64,000 bases of DNA, from assembly GCA_038087875.1 (NCBI GenBank), contig CM075996.1:4280001-4344000 (forward strand). The letters run 5' to 3'. Below, in pieces: positions 26,479-39,717 of the stretch. The notes under the pieces are model-generated. The model did no database searches. It was not told the DNA's origin and worked only from the letters and a program-made list of their open reading frames with translations. Each line of letters starts with the position of its first letter. The first letter of the stretch is position 1. This DNA comes from Malacoraja senta (taxonomy: Eukaryota). The translations under genes and the position numbers were made by a program.

Positions 26479-28113
26479 CTTGCCATGCTTTGTTGACAGC
26501 ATTGTAGCATCACGGAGATGTTTGAGCTGCTATTAGCTACAGTCCAGTATTGAGCTTTAAAGCTGTGATATTCCTGCCAAGTACCATGTTATCTCCTGAA
26601 CCTGCCCAATCCAATCCACCATTGCCCAGGCAGTTCCAGTTGCTCTATGCTTCTTGCTTTCAGAGTGAATCAATGAGTCAGGTTGACAGGAATGGGCTGT
26701 TTTTGGTGTTGTTGCCTCGTGAACTGGGAACATCAAACTTGTGATCTCTGGCTGTTCCTGGGAAATCTGTATTGAACTTTTATTTCTCTGCTGCCACACA
26801 ATGCTCCCAAACACCCCTTTACTGGAAAAAAAAAGCTTCACAATGGCATGAGAAATAAGTTGCAGATGGATCTGAAGAAAGGTCTCAACCCGAAACATCA
26901 CCCATTCCTTCTATCCAGAGATGCTGCCTGCCCCGCTGAGTTACTCCAGCATTTTGTGTCTGTCTTTGGTGTAAACTAGCATCTGCAGTTGCTTCCTACA
27001 CAAGTTGTAGGTTTTAAGTTTTTAAATTCTTGTTTAGTACTAACGCAGCTGTCTCATTATACCAAACCTAGGTATTGTTATCATGCAGCCTGAATATGTG
27101 GTTTATTCTGGGGGCGGTTGCTAAATCTCCACCCTTTCTGCATCCCAATGTTCCCGAGCTAGCCTGGCCCATCCAAGTATCATTCAAGTGGGCTCAGTGC
27201 TGTGTGGCGGCATAATTGGGGTCCCATACCTGAGCCTTGGTGATCTCCCGTGAGGCTGCTGCAGAGATCATTGCCATGATGCACTCAATCTAAGCCTGAT
27301 CATTAAGGACACACTCCCCAAGCATACCTATGACTCGGCTTTTTTTAACTGATTATTAATTTTAATGTTCAACATGAAATGTTCCAATGTTGAATGAAAC
27401 CACCAGTATAATGTTGAATGGTTCTATGTGCCTGTAATGCTGCTGCAAGCAAGATTTTCATTGTACCTGTACCTCACTATACTTGTGCATAGGACAATAA
27501 ACTCGACCTGACAAAACGTGCAGTAACTATCTCTGGGATAACACAGTAAATGATATGACAAAAGCAAATGACTGCAGCTAACCAGGAATAAAACAAGAAA
27601 ATGCTGAAAATACTCAGCGTTTGTAGAAATGAATGTTTCACGTCAGTGATCTTTGACCAGAAACATTCAGTTTCTTCATGGATGCCGCCAGACCTGTTAT
27701 GTATTTTCAGCATCTTATGTTTTTACATTGGTGTGTGATATGAGTTGCTCAAGGTCAATTGATGGAAACTGAAGGAAAACACACAGGTGGCGCAGCGGTA
27801 GAGTTGCTGCCTTACAGCACCAGGGACCCAGGTTCGATCCTGCCTACGGGTGGTGTCTGTACGGAGATTGTACGTTCTCCCCAGGACCTGGGTTTTCCCC
27901 GGGTGTTCCGGTTTCTTCACTCATTCCAAAGATGTACAGGGTTGTAGGTTAATTTGTCTTGGGTAAAAATTGTGAATCGTGCCTAGTGTGTAGATAGTGA
28001 TAGCGTACTGGGATAGCCAGTCAGCGCAGACTCAGTGGGCCAAATGACCTGTTTCCTCATTGTATTTCTAAACGAAATGGAGCAAATGGATAGGTGACGT
28101 TTTAGATCTCGAC

Positions 28114-28465
28114 CAGTGGTGGGGAACCTGCGGCCTTCTAGGCCATTAAGTGCGGCCTTTTGCATTAATCCAAATTTTGTAGAACAAATCCTTTTATTTT
28201 TATTAATATTTTTGTTCGTCTTTTATTATTTTAATTTTAATCTTAAAATGAACTATTTAAAATACCAAAGAGTAAAAGAAGATTCAACGAAAGAATCCTC
28301 CCCGACTGACGGCCACAATTAAAAACATTAGTAAGTCATGAGGGCTATTTTAACAAAAGAATGTACATTTTGAAGCATATCTGATTGAAGTATCTTGGAT
28401 GCGGCCTTATTAGATTACAGCTAACTTAATGTGGCATTCCAACATGAAAAGGTTCCCCACCCCTG
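28114..28465. mobile_element. hAT-Charlie-type MITE
   Basis: TIR CAG.GGTGGGGAACCT; 8-bp TSD ATCTCGAC/ATCTAGAC. Confidence 0.85.
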
Positions 28466-31400
28466 ATCTAGACCCTTCAGGAGACTTTCTCTGCCATTTT
28501 TGATTAGGTTTTGGAAAGAGTTTATCTGTCTGTATGTCAGGGGTTGCCCCTAGTACTCTTACCCCCAAGGATTCTAATGGTGAAACGTACCAGCAACAAA
28601 CATGAACTGAGTGCGGTGCTGGCTATCTCTGAAGTAAAGGAGAGAGAGTAACTAAATCTAATCATCCCCCACCCATAATTGTAATAAGAGTACAATAATG
28701 TTGGTGATGCTGAATTATTCCAATACAAATCTGTTGTATAATTCAGTGAACAAATTTGACTGATGCAAGAGTGGATTAACATAATCGTATGTTCTCCCTG
28801 ATGCAAATAATTTTGCACAACTCACCATCCTTTGCATTTACTGAATATTACCAAATGAGTCCAAGGTTCAGTTGACAGAAGTCAGTCAAAGGTCTGTATT
28901 AATCACCTTTCAGATAATCTATTGTTAGAAAGTGCAGCCAAAGGTACCTTTTACTGAACATCTTATCAGACTGGTAGACACGAAATGCTGGAGTAACTCA
29001 GCGGGACAGGCAGCATCTCTGCGGAGAGAAGGAAGGGGTGACCTTTCGGATCGAGACCCTTCTTCAGACGTCTCGACCCGAAACGTCACCCATTCCTTCT
29101 CTCCAAAGATGCTGCCTGTCCCGCTGAGTTACTCCAGCATTTTGTGTCTACCTTCAATTTAAACCAGCATCTGCAGTTCTTTCCTACACATCTTATCAGG
29201 CTTCCATACTGACTCAGGATTACCAGTCTCACAGGCCAAGCTGACGACCTGAACACATAACAGACTGCAGATGATGGAATGTGGAGTAAAAAAATAAGCT
29301 GCTGGAGAAACTCAGCAGGTCAGGCATCATCTGTGGAGGCAGAGGAATGGTCAGAGTTTTGGGCCAACATCCCTGAATCAAGCTACATGTTTTTTTGTTG
29401 AGTACCTAAGAATGATCTCTTGTAAATGTTTTTAAGGGGGGGGGGGGGGGGGGAGACTTTTATGGAGCTGCAAACATAAAATATGAAAGGAAAGAGAATT
29501 AAATGAGAGTCAATAGGGTGGCAGAGAACGCATCCCAAGATAACAGACCAACAATTGGCTCAATATGCCCCCATCTCCTCTTCCAAAAATAAAGGAAAAT
29601 TAAAGACGAAACTTTGTTTAGTTTAGAGATACAGAGTGGAAACAGGCTCTTCCGCTACCAAGTCTGCACTGACCAACGATTCCCATGCACTAGTTCTATC
29701 CTACGCAGTAGGGACAATTTACAGAAGCCAACATTAACCTACAAACCTGCACGTCTTTGGAATGTGGGAGGGAAGAACAAAAGCATCAGGAGAAAACCCA
29801 CGCGGTCACAGAACCTACAAACTCCCACAGGCAGCACCCATAGTCAGGATCGAACCCAAGTCTCTGGCGCAGTAAGGCAGCAACTCTACTGCTATCTCTA
29901 CTTGATCTGCTTAGTTCTCTGGCCTTGGTGAGAACCTTACTGTGAGTTCACCAGTCACCTCTGGGTGCTAACAGTCTTCCTCCTTTATCGAGGATACATT
30001 TAACCTTTTTCTCTATCCCCTGGGTGGAGAAATACGGAGCAAGTTTTCTAAGCAGAAATGTTGGACCAATAGACCTTCCCGGGTGGACAATTGCTACAGA
30101 TTTCAAAACTTGTAAAGCCTCTCCCAGAATTAAAGAATTAATGGAAGAAAATAAACTCATGCTTAACAGTGTGATTAAAAGTTTTGCAACAGTCATCATC
30201 AACTTTGTTTGTGTTCTTTTGATCAGTCCAGTTGACTTAAGAGTTCCTCTGTCCCATGGGAGCTGGCCAAGAACACGTGAATTTGTTCATGTCCACTGAG
30301 GCTCGGAGGAAAACATACACTCAGGAGAAAAGCACTGTGGCACTGCAATAGTTCAAGAAGGCACATTGCTAATCTGCCCAGGGAATGGGTGATAAATGAT
30401 CTGCAGCCCACAACTTATAAATTGGTAAAAACATGTTTTGGTGATGCTTATTTAGGGATAGTTATTGGTTACAATACAGCCAATAGTAATCACGCTGATC
30501 CACTGTAAACCTGCCATTCATTCCCTTTACCGTCATTGTACTGACTAATGTCAATATTGGTTTATTGGAAGCTTTGTCCAAGTGACCATGTTAATACACG
30601 AGTCCATTAGAAAAGAAAAAAACTCTTACATGGGTCCATTAGTTGGGAGGGGTGGAAGTTGCTCACAGTGAGTGCCACGTCTATGAAGCTAAAAGCCATG
30701 AGTTCCTGTTCCACGCTAGGGACTGGAACACCACAGAACGAATGCTGCTATGTCAGAGCTGAAAACATTTAGATGTGACATTATTTCCTTTAATACGCTC
30801 AGTTGCAAATCTAAAGATAAACATTGGAAAAGAGCATTTGAAAACAGAAAAACTGCAGATGCTAGATATGTGAACTAAAAACTAAATTTGCCTTTTCAGG
30901 TCAGACGACATCAATGGAAAAATTCATGTTTTAAGTCACAAATGCTGTCTGATCAGCTATTTCCAGTATTTTCTGTTTTTAATTTTGCAGAGTTTGGGGG
31001 TTCTCCCTTGTATTCTGGCCAATAACTATCCCTGTACAGACTTCATCAAAACAAGTTGTTATTGACTCATAAAATGTGGACTGCAATCTGAGCCATTTAT
31101 TACACATTCCCTGAGCAGATTAGCGAGCTGCCTTCTTGAACCATTGCGGTTTTATAGGTTGAAGGTACTCCCACAGCACAGGAAAAATGCCTTCCATTTT
31201 TTCGCTGCCTTTTTCAGAATTCACTGGAACTAACCAACGTCAACATCCTCTCTCAGGGCAACATTTCAAAGTGGAGGTTACACACAGCCAGCTGTGATGG
31301 GCACAACAATGTCACTCACATGCCAGGCACCAGATTCCTGGAGAATATGCTCCATTCAGAGAAAGACACAAAGTGGTGGAGTAACTCAGCAGGTTAGGCA

Positions 31401-32349
31401 GCATCACTGGAGAACATGGATAGGTGTTTCAGGTCGGGACTCTTCTTCAGACTGATATTGTCTCCAGCATCTTCCCTCAGGAGCCTCAGGCCTTTCTGCA
31501 CTGCCCACTGCCTGATGGACTTGTGGTCAAAGATGTTTTGCTGCAGAGACATTTCTACAAAGGACAGATAGTGCAGTGAGGTGTAATGGAATGAAACATT
31601 AAGTGGCAATGAGGCCAGGACTATCCTTAACAACACAACCCTCTTTGTGTACTGGATTAGAGAAGACCTGGTAGAAGAAATTTAGAAAACAAATCGTTTT
31701 TTAATTTGGAATTCATCTTTTGAATGTCAAACATCTGCAGTTAGACCTGGAGAAATAAATAGATACAGATGTTTCCAAATGGAGATTATGTGGATCAGAT
31801 TTTAATGATTCTATTTTTTTTAGTTAGTGCAGGGGCTGACTGCTGTTTGTTAAACCCTAAATCTGTGTCTAAAGCTAGGCAATAAAGTGAACATTCTCCC
31901 TCTGCTGCCTGTGAGATTATAAGGAAAAAAAAGACTGATGTACCAGCCTTTAGGCATAGAATGTCACATGAATAGCATTACATTGAGAAATCCAATCCAA
32001 TTCACGGAAGATAATGCAGGACATTGAAGGATTGCCTAAAGCAAACAAGCTACTGCTATAAATATTCCAAGGAGGAGGCGATGTCGAACAGAAATGATGA
32101 AATAAATGGATGAGGCAAAGATGGAAAGGAAAAAAGCACAGCAACAAATGTAAATCACAACAGCTGTAGACACATCTGTATCTAGTTATTTCAGCAGATT
32201 TTCCGCGCAGAAGTGACGAGAAATTTACAGCCAATTTGAGCATATTTATATGGAGCACAGACAGCGCTGGTCTCCAATTGCAAAATGTAAACAATATTCA
32301 TAATGATGACAGCAGAACTAAGCAGTTACAACTGTGAATAGATTAGGTC

Positions 32350-33303
32350 TCTTTTATACAGAGGCTACATTGCAAGATGCAAACCATTGGTTGGCCGCAA
32401 AAATAGGATGGCTGGGTTACAGTTTGCCAAGAAGTACTTATAAGAGCAACCACAGTTCTGGAAAAAGGTCTTGTGGACAGATGAGATGAAGATGAACTTA
32501 TATCAGAGTGATAGCAAGAGCAAAGTATGGAGGAGAGAAGGAACCGCCCAAGATCCAAAGCATACCACCTCATCTGTGAAACACGGTGGTGGGGGTGTTA
32601 TGGCCTGGGCATGTATAGCTGCTGAAGGTACTGGCTCACTTATCTTCATTGATGATACAACTGCTGATGGTAGTAGCATAATGAATTCTGAAGTGTATAG
32701 ACACATCCTATCTGTTCAAGTTCAAACAAATGCCTCAAAACTCATTGGCCGGTGGTTCATTCTACAGCAAGACAATGATCCCAAACATACTGCTAAAGCA
32801 ACAAAGGAGTTTTTCAAAGCTAAAAAAATGGTCAAATCTTGGGTGGCCAAGTCAATCACCCGATCTGAACCAAATTGAGCATGCCTTTTACATGCTGAAG
32901 AGAAAACTGAAGGGGACTAGCACCCAAAACAAACATAAGCTAAAGATGGCTGCAACACAGGCCTGGCAGAGCATCACCAGAGAAGACACCCAGCAACTGG
33001 TGATGCCCATGAACCGCAGACTTCAAGCAGTCATTGCATGCAAAGGATACGCAACAAAATACTAAACATGACTACTTTCATTTACATGACATTGCTGTGT
33101 CCCAAAATGGGGGGACTATGTATGAACACTGCCGTAATTTCTACATGGTGAAATCAAAATGTATAAAAATGGCCTTTATTACAATCTGACAATGTGAACT
33201 TTAACCACATGTGATTTTTTTCTATTACAAATCTCAAATTGTGGAGTACAGAGGCAAATAAATACATGATGGGTTTTTGTCCCAAACATTATGGAGGGCA
33301 CTG
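32350..33303 (+). mobile_element. 5'-truncated, frameshifted Tc1 transposon of a second family
   Basis: ORFs 32471-32878 and 32730-33065 (WTDE, KHGGG, QQDNDPKH, SPDLNQIE); right TIR ends GGAGGGCACTG. Confidence 0.9.
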
Positions 33304-35581
33304 TGCATTCTGCATAAAGTCTGCGTTAAACTCTGGAGTGGGTTTTGAATTCATGAACTGCTGACTGCGAGACTGGTGTGATTCCATTTGAGCCATGGTT
33401 TATACTTGATTCCAACAACACTGCAATGTAAATGTCATGGAGTCATTGAGCAGGGAAACATGCCCTTCAGCCTAATGTGTCCATGCCGACCGGGGTGTCG
33501 TGACAACTCTAAGTGTGATTATCTTGCTGGCCCACGAGGTTCTGTTGAGCTAAGATATGTTGACTGTCATTGATCCACTTGATTTATCGCGACGTTGTTG
33601 ACTTTAAGCTGCCTCCTTAGTTCCTGGGAAATTATGAATATATATAATATATACCAGTATTGCCAGTGAGGCCCGCAGCCATAAATACATTTCCCTTCAC
33701 CTCAATGAAATTAAAGATGCAAAACAGGAGTTTAGGATAGCCAGTCCCTTGGGTGAGGTTTCAAAAGAACATAAGCAAATGGAATGTATCTTGTACTATT
33801 TTCTGAACTTCGTGTACTGTGGCTGTTGCAACGGGGGGGGTAGAGAACAGGTATTTCGAAACACAGCTTCCTGGAGATGACCGACAGGCAGAAAAACAGG
33901 ATGGTAATTCACCGAACAGCTTGTTAAGGGTTTGAGCAACCTTTTCAGTTTTGTACTTTGAAGTAGGACTCTCACTGGCAGGCATTCGAGATCAGCTGAT
34001 GCGTGTCACAAGCGCGGCTGGTGAATTAGATTATCACCGGTCCTCAGACATATAGTACGGGTGGGATCAGAGGTTTGTAAAAGAAGCATTTAGAAATGGA
34101 ACAGCCTTGCTCAATTCAGCGACTGCTGTGCAAATTAGGGGATAGAGTATATGAAGAGAAGAGTTGGATTCAACACATATGTTTAATTGCTCATTCTAAA
34201 AACCTAATAAACTTAAAGTGCATATGCAGGCTTCAGTGAGTTTGTTAAGCAGTGAAAGAAAGATGAATTTATAATTACAGATGATCCCCGCATTATGGAT
34301 GGTACACAAAAATGCTGGAGAAACTCAGTGGGTGCAGCAGCATCTATGGAGCGAAGGAAATAGGCAACGTTTCGGGCCAAAACCCTTCTTCAGACCCGCA
34401 TTATGGATGTTTGGCTAGTAGAAATTTCCTCTAAAATAATTCACAAATCACTACCCGATATAGAGTAAAATTCACTCTTACAGAATTTATGTGAGAAAAA
34501 TTAAATAAATAAAACCAACATTTATTATTGCACCTCGTGTTTTTTGACGCACGTGGAAATGGCACGGTTTATGGTACAGAAAATATAGTTATGGACTGTT
34601 TTTTATCAATGCAACCCTTCCCTCCGGCCCCCCTTAACATGAGGGTTACCTGTACAAAGCTATTTTCACAAATTTAAAGAACCCCAAAGTGCTTCTCATT
34701 CCACAAAATTATTTTGAAATGGTATTGAGTTACTGTAATGTAGTACTGCAGTAATAATAAAATACCTTACTAATGGAAGTTCTGTTTTAATGAAAAAAAT
34801 AAGGAATTGCAAATGGTTGATTATATTGCAAGATACAGCCCTTCAGCACACTATTAAAAGTATTTTTGAAATCTAAATATACTACTGGTTCCCCTTTGTT
34901 CACTCTGTTACATACTCAAAGAACTCTAGCAAATTTATCAAACGTGATGTCCCTTTCATAAAACCACTATTTCGCCCTTAGTCTGTTGAATAATTATTGG
35001 AATCTAGCCAAGGTACAAGGAAGACATACGGGTCAAATGAAATCTCTGGGACTGAAATTGCTACATTTTTTTCAGTAATTCAATTAACTTCAAAGTAATA
35101 AATACAAAGAGGCATTCACGATTAAATAATCTAGTATATGAAAGAAGATAATCACTGCCTCCAACATTCAGAACATAGCCTTGGGAACATCAGGTTGCTT
35201 AACAGATTGTTTACAGCTGATGGATGTTGCAATAAACTATGCAGTGAAATTCTTTGCTCCAAATAAGATCATAAGTGATAGGTGCAGAATTAGGCCATTC
35301 GGCCCATCAAGTCTTCTCATGACTGATCTATCTCTCCATCCTGACCCCATTCTCCTGCCTTCCCCCCATAACCCTTGACACCCGTACTAATCAAGAATCT
35401 ATCTATCTTGGCCTTAAAAATATCCATTGACTTGGCCTCCACAGCCTTCTGTGGCAAAGAATTCCACAGATTCACCACCCTCTGACTAAGGAAATTCCTC
35501 CTCGTCTTCTTACAAAAGGAACGTCCTTTAATTCTGAGGCTATGACCTCCTGTCCTGGACTCTCCCACTAGTGGAAACATC

Positions 35582-37185
35582 CAGTGACTTGCAAAAGTTT
35601 TCATACCCCTTGAACTTTTCCACATTTTGTCACGTTACAACCACAAACGTAAATGTATTTTATTGGGATTTTATGTGATAGACCAACACAAAGTGGTGCA
35701 TAATTGTGAAGTGGAAGGAAAATGATATATGGTTTTCAATTTTTTTTACAAATAAAAAACTGAAAAGTGTCGCGTGCAAAAGTATTCAGCCCCCCTGAGT
35801 CAATACTTTGTAGAACCACCTTTCGCTGCAAGTCTTTTGGGGTATGTCTCTACCAGCTTTGCACATCTAGAGACTGAAATTTTTGCCCATTCTTCTTTGC
35901 AAAATAGCTCAAGCTCAGTCAGATTGGATGGAGAGCGTCTGTGAACAGCAATTTTCAAGTGTTGCCAGAGATTCTCAATTGGATTTTGGTCTGGACTTTG
36001 ACTGGGCCATTCTAACACATGAATATGCTTTGATCTAAACCATTCCATTGTAGCTCTAGCTGTATGTTTAGGGTCGTTGTCCTGCTGGAAGGTGAACCTC
36101 CGCCCCAGTCTCAAGTCTTTTGCAGACTCTAACAGGTTTTCTTCCAAGATTGCCCTGTATTTGGCTCCATCCATCTTCCCATCAACTCTGACCAGCTTCC
36201 CTGTCCCTGCTGAAGAAAAGCATCCCCACAGCATGATGCTGCCACCACCATGTTTCACAGTGGGGATGGTGTGTTCAGGGTGATGTGCAGTGTTAGGTTT
36301 CCGCCACACATAGCGTTTTGCATTTAGGCCAAAAACTTCAATTTTGGTCTCATCTGGCCAGAGCACCTTCCTCCACATGTTTGCTGTGTCACCCACATGG
36401 CTTGTGGCAAACTGCAAACGGGACTTCTTATGGCTTTTTTTCAACAATGGCTTTCTTCTTGCCACTCTTCCATAAAGGCCCGATTTGTGGAGTGCACGAC
36501 TAATAGTTGTCCTGTGGACAGATTCTCCCACCTGAGCTGTGGATCTCTGCAGCTCCTCCAGAGTTACCATGGGCCTCTTGGCTGCTTCTCTGATCAATGC
36601 TCTCCTTGCCCGGCCTGTCAGTTTAGGTGGACGGCCATGTCTTGGTAGGTTTGCAGTTGTGCCATACTCTTTCCATTTTCGGATGATGGATTGAACAGTG
36701 CTCCGTGAGATGTTCAAAGCTTGGGATATTTGTTTATAACCTCACCCTGCTTTAAACTTCTCCACAACTTTATCCCTGACCTGTCTGGTGTGTTCCTTGG
36801 GCTTCATGATGCTGTTTGTTCACTAATGTTCTCTAACAAACCTCTGAGGCCTTCACAGAACAGCTGTATTTATACTGAGATTAGATTACACACAAGTGGA
36901 CTCTATTTACTAATTAGGTGACTTCTGAAGGCAATTGGTTGCACTGGATTTTATTTAGGGGTATCAGAGTAAAGGGGGCTGAATACTTTTGCACGTGACA
37001 CTTTTCAGTTTTTTATTTGTAAAAATATTTGAAAACCATGTATCATTTTCATTCCACTTCACAATTATGCGCCACTTTGTGTTGGTCTATCACATAAAAT
37101 CCCAATAAAATACATTACGTTTGTGGTTGTAACGTGACAAAATGTGGAAAAGTTCAAGGGGTATGAATACTTTTGCAAGCCACTG
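35582..37185 (-). mobile_element. Full-length Tc1 DNA transposon with long (~210 bp) IR/DR terminal repeats
   Basis: CAGTG..TTGCAAAAGT TIRs at both ends; transposase ORF; inserted in a CR1 fragment. Confidence 0.95.
35800..36807 (-). pseudogene. Tc1 DD34E transposase (MKPKEHTRQ...), premature TGA at codon 22 (36742-36744)
   Basis: HTH, GRPPK, W.DETK, QQDNDPKH, SPD.NPIENLW motifs in ORF 35800-36717. Confidence 0.9.
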
Positions 37186-39339
37186 TATATCTCCACATCT
37201 ACTCTATCCAAGCCTTTCACTCTTCTGTACTCACAATACTGTGAGACCATTCTCGGAAAACACCCGATTGCTCAAATTCACAGAAAAGTTAAACTAAGTA
37301 TGACTGCATACATTAAAAAAAATCTAGAAATCTGAAATAAAAGTTTAAAAAATGCTGGAAGCACTTCCGCAGGTCAGCAACAGTTGTGGAAAGAAAAGTA
37401 GAATTAATGAATTGGGTTGAAGTTCCCTCATCAGAACTGTTTTTATTTATAATATAAGGCCGCCCTGGCTCATCCAAAAATATCCATCTCAGGATTTTTT
37501 TAAACAATTGCTCATCTATACGAGTGTTGCAAGGACTGGCTTTTCTGTAAAGAACTTCCCTTTTTCAGAATTAAAAGGATTGGACTATGATGACAGTTTG
37601 CACGGTTTAAATTCATCATAATCTAAACCTTTTAGTTCTGAGAAGTGCTTTGAGAGCTGGATGTTATGAGGTGGTAAGAATAGCCTTCTACTGCCATAAA
37701 TAAAAATAGCTCAAATGAAAGGACTTGAAGCTGATACATTCATTTCAGACTAAAATTGAAAGAGGTAACTTAGACAAGTTATTGGTAAAAAGGATCTGAT
37801 GGTCTGGAGAAATTGCAACAGCCCCTCAAAAAATGGTTGAGTCTAGGGAAAATTAAATCTACAAAAAGGAACAAAATGCAAAATACTGGAGAAATTCAGT
37901 GGGTCAGGCAGCAACTGTGGAAAGAATTGATAGGCAATATTTGGGGTTGGTATCATTCTTCAGATTCAACCCTGTGCATTCACTCTAGATGCCATCTGAC
38001 GTGCTGAGTTCCCTTTGCATTTTACACAGGACTCCAACATCTGCAGTTCCTTGCGTCTCCAATCAAGAGAAAGTGCTTCGATTCGGTTTCACTCCCTGCA
38101 AATGCTGCCTGATCGGCTGAGTTATTATGTGCATTTTTTCTTCCAATGCTATGTCCTGATATTATACTGCAGTGGTATTGGTATATTATTGTTAGGTGCA
38201 CCAAGAGGCACTTTGTGTAGGAATGAACTGCAGATGCTGCTTTACATCGAATGTAGACACAATAAATACTGGAGTAACTCAGTGGGTAGGGCAGCATCTC
38301 TGGAGAAAAGGAACAAATGTTGTTTTGGCTCGAGACCCAACTTCAGTAAATGAAACATTTTTGTTTTCCATGTTACCTGGAAATCATACCGTATTATTAT
38401 TTTATAATAATTATAATCACTATTGTTTATTGTACAATTATTGTTTAGTTGGACTATAATAGTTTATTTAATTTAATTAGTTTTTTTATATTCTGATCTC
38501 TATTGTTGTTGATAATGGGGTTTATAAAGTATTATGTTATGCTGCTGCATGTAAGAATTTAATTGTTCGGAACATATGCCAATAAAACACTCCTGACTCT
38601 GTTGACTACGAAGACACAAAATATTGGAGTAACTCATTAGTAAGGGTAACGTTATTGATTAGTACGGGTGTCAGGGTTTATAGGGAGAAGGTGGGAGAAT
38701 GGGGTTAGGAGGCTGTAGCCTCCCTTTGTAGCCTCCCATCTGTAGCCTCCCTTTGATCTAGTATTTTGTTGGTTCACATGCTTGATCAATGGTGTTTTAT
38801 CATTAATGTTTTATTATTATTAATGTTTAGTGTTTTCTGAGTCATTCGTAACTGTCACTGTATGTCATGTCGTTACTTGTGGGCGGAGCACCAAGGCAAA
38901 TTCCTTGTATGTGAATACTTGGCCAATAAACGTACTTACTTAGATCAGCCATGATTGAATGGCGGGAGTGGACTTGATGGGCCGAACGGCCTAATTCTGC
39001 TCCTATTATTTATGACATGACCTTATTAGCACATCATGGAGTGCAAAATAGAAAATTGTGCAGAATACTGTGTTAAAGCTACAGAGAAAGTGTAGATAAA
39101 ATAAAAATAAGGTGCAAGTACCTTAATGCAACTTTTGCACTTTTTTTTACAAGTGAATTGAACACGTAGGACATCGGAGCGGTGGTGTAGTTTGTAGTTT
39201 GTTCTGTTTGCTGTTTGTAGTTTGTACTGTTTGTAGTTTGTTTGTTTGATTTTTTGCACAAAGTCCGCGAGCATTGCCACTTTTCATTTCACTGCACATC
39301 TCGTATGTGTATGTGACGAATAGACTTGACTTGGTGAGT

Positions 39340-39393
39340 GGGGTGGGAGATTGCGACCTTCACGTGGTCCGCCCTGTTTCGACCAACGCAATC
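39340..39393 (+). ncRNA. Compact HDV-like self-cleaving ribozyme (predicted)
   Basis: P1 GGGGUGG/CCGCCCU with G1-U wobble; P2 GAUUGCG/CGCAAUC; P3 ACC/GGU; L3 UUCACGU; mini-P4 U(UUCG)A; J4/2 CCAA. Confidence 0.78.
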
Positions 39394-39490
39394 AACCCGG
39401 CGTGCACAATCAAATAAGATCAAATAGAACAAGTTGTCCTACAACTTTAGGCTGTGCACGCCATACGCAAGAAGAAGAAGAAGAAGAAGT
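39340..39490 (+). mobile_element. ~150-bp non-autonomous retroposon with HDV-like ribozyme head and (GAA)n tail
   Basis: TSD CTTGGTGAGT at 39330-39339 and 39491-39500; second copy at 26361-26478. Confidence 0.85.
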
Positions 39491-39614
39491 CTTGGTGAGT
39501 GTGGAGGATGGAGCTGGGTGCTGGGGCTGGTGCAGTGGCTCAAGGCTGCCCTCTGCCGCCGCCTCCCCAAGGCCGCAAGGCCCGCGCTGCCCTGGCAACC
39601 ACCCGGACGTGAAG

Positions 39615-39690
39615 AACCACCCGGAAGTGACCGATCCCCCCCCCCCTCGCCTATATAAACGCGTCACTTCCTGTGCGCGGCCTCTTCCAC
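39615..39690 (+). promoter_or_regulatory. RPSA: RPSA core promoter: ETS/GABP site CCGGAAGT (39621-39628), TATATAA (39652-39658), reverse ETS CACTTCCTG, TCT/5'TOP initiator CCTCTTCC (~39681), in a CpG-rich region
   Basis: Motifs read directly; typical ribosomal protein promoter layout. Confidence 0.8.
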
Positions 39691-39717
39691 GCCATACTTC
39701 CACACGGCGTTGTTCAC
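39682..39717 (+). other. RPSA: RPSA non-coding exon 1 (5'TOP UTR)
   Basis: Pyrimidine start, ACGGCGTTGTTC resembles vertebrate RPSA exon 1, GTGAGT donor at 39718. Confidence 0.75.
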
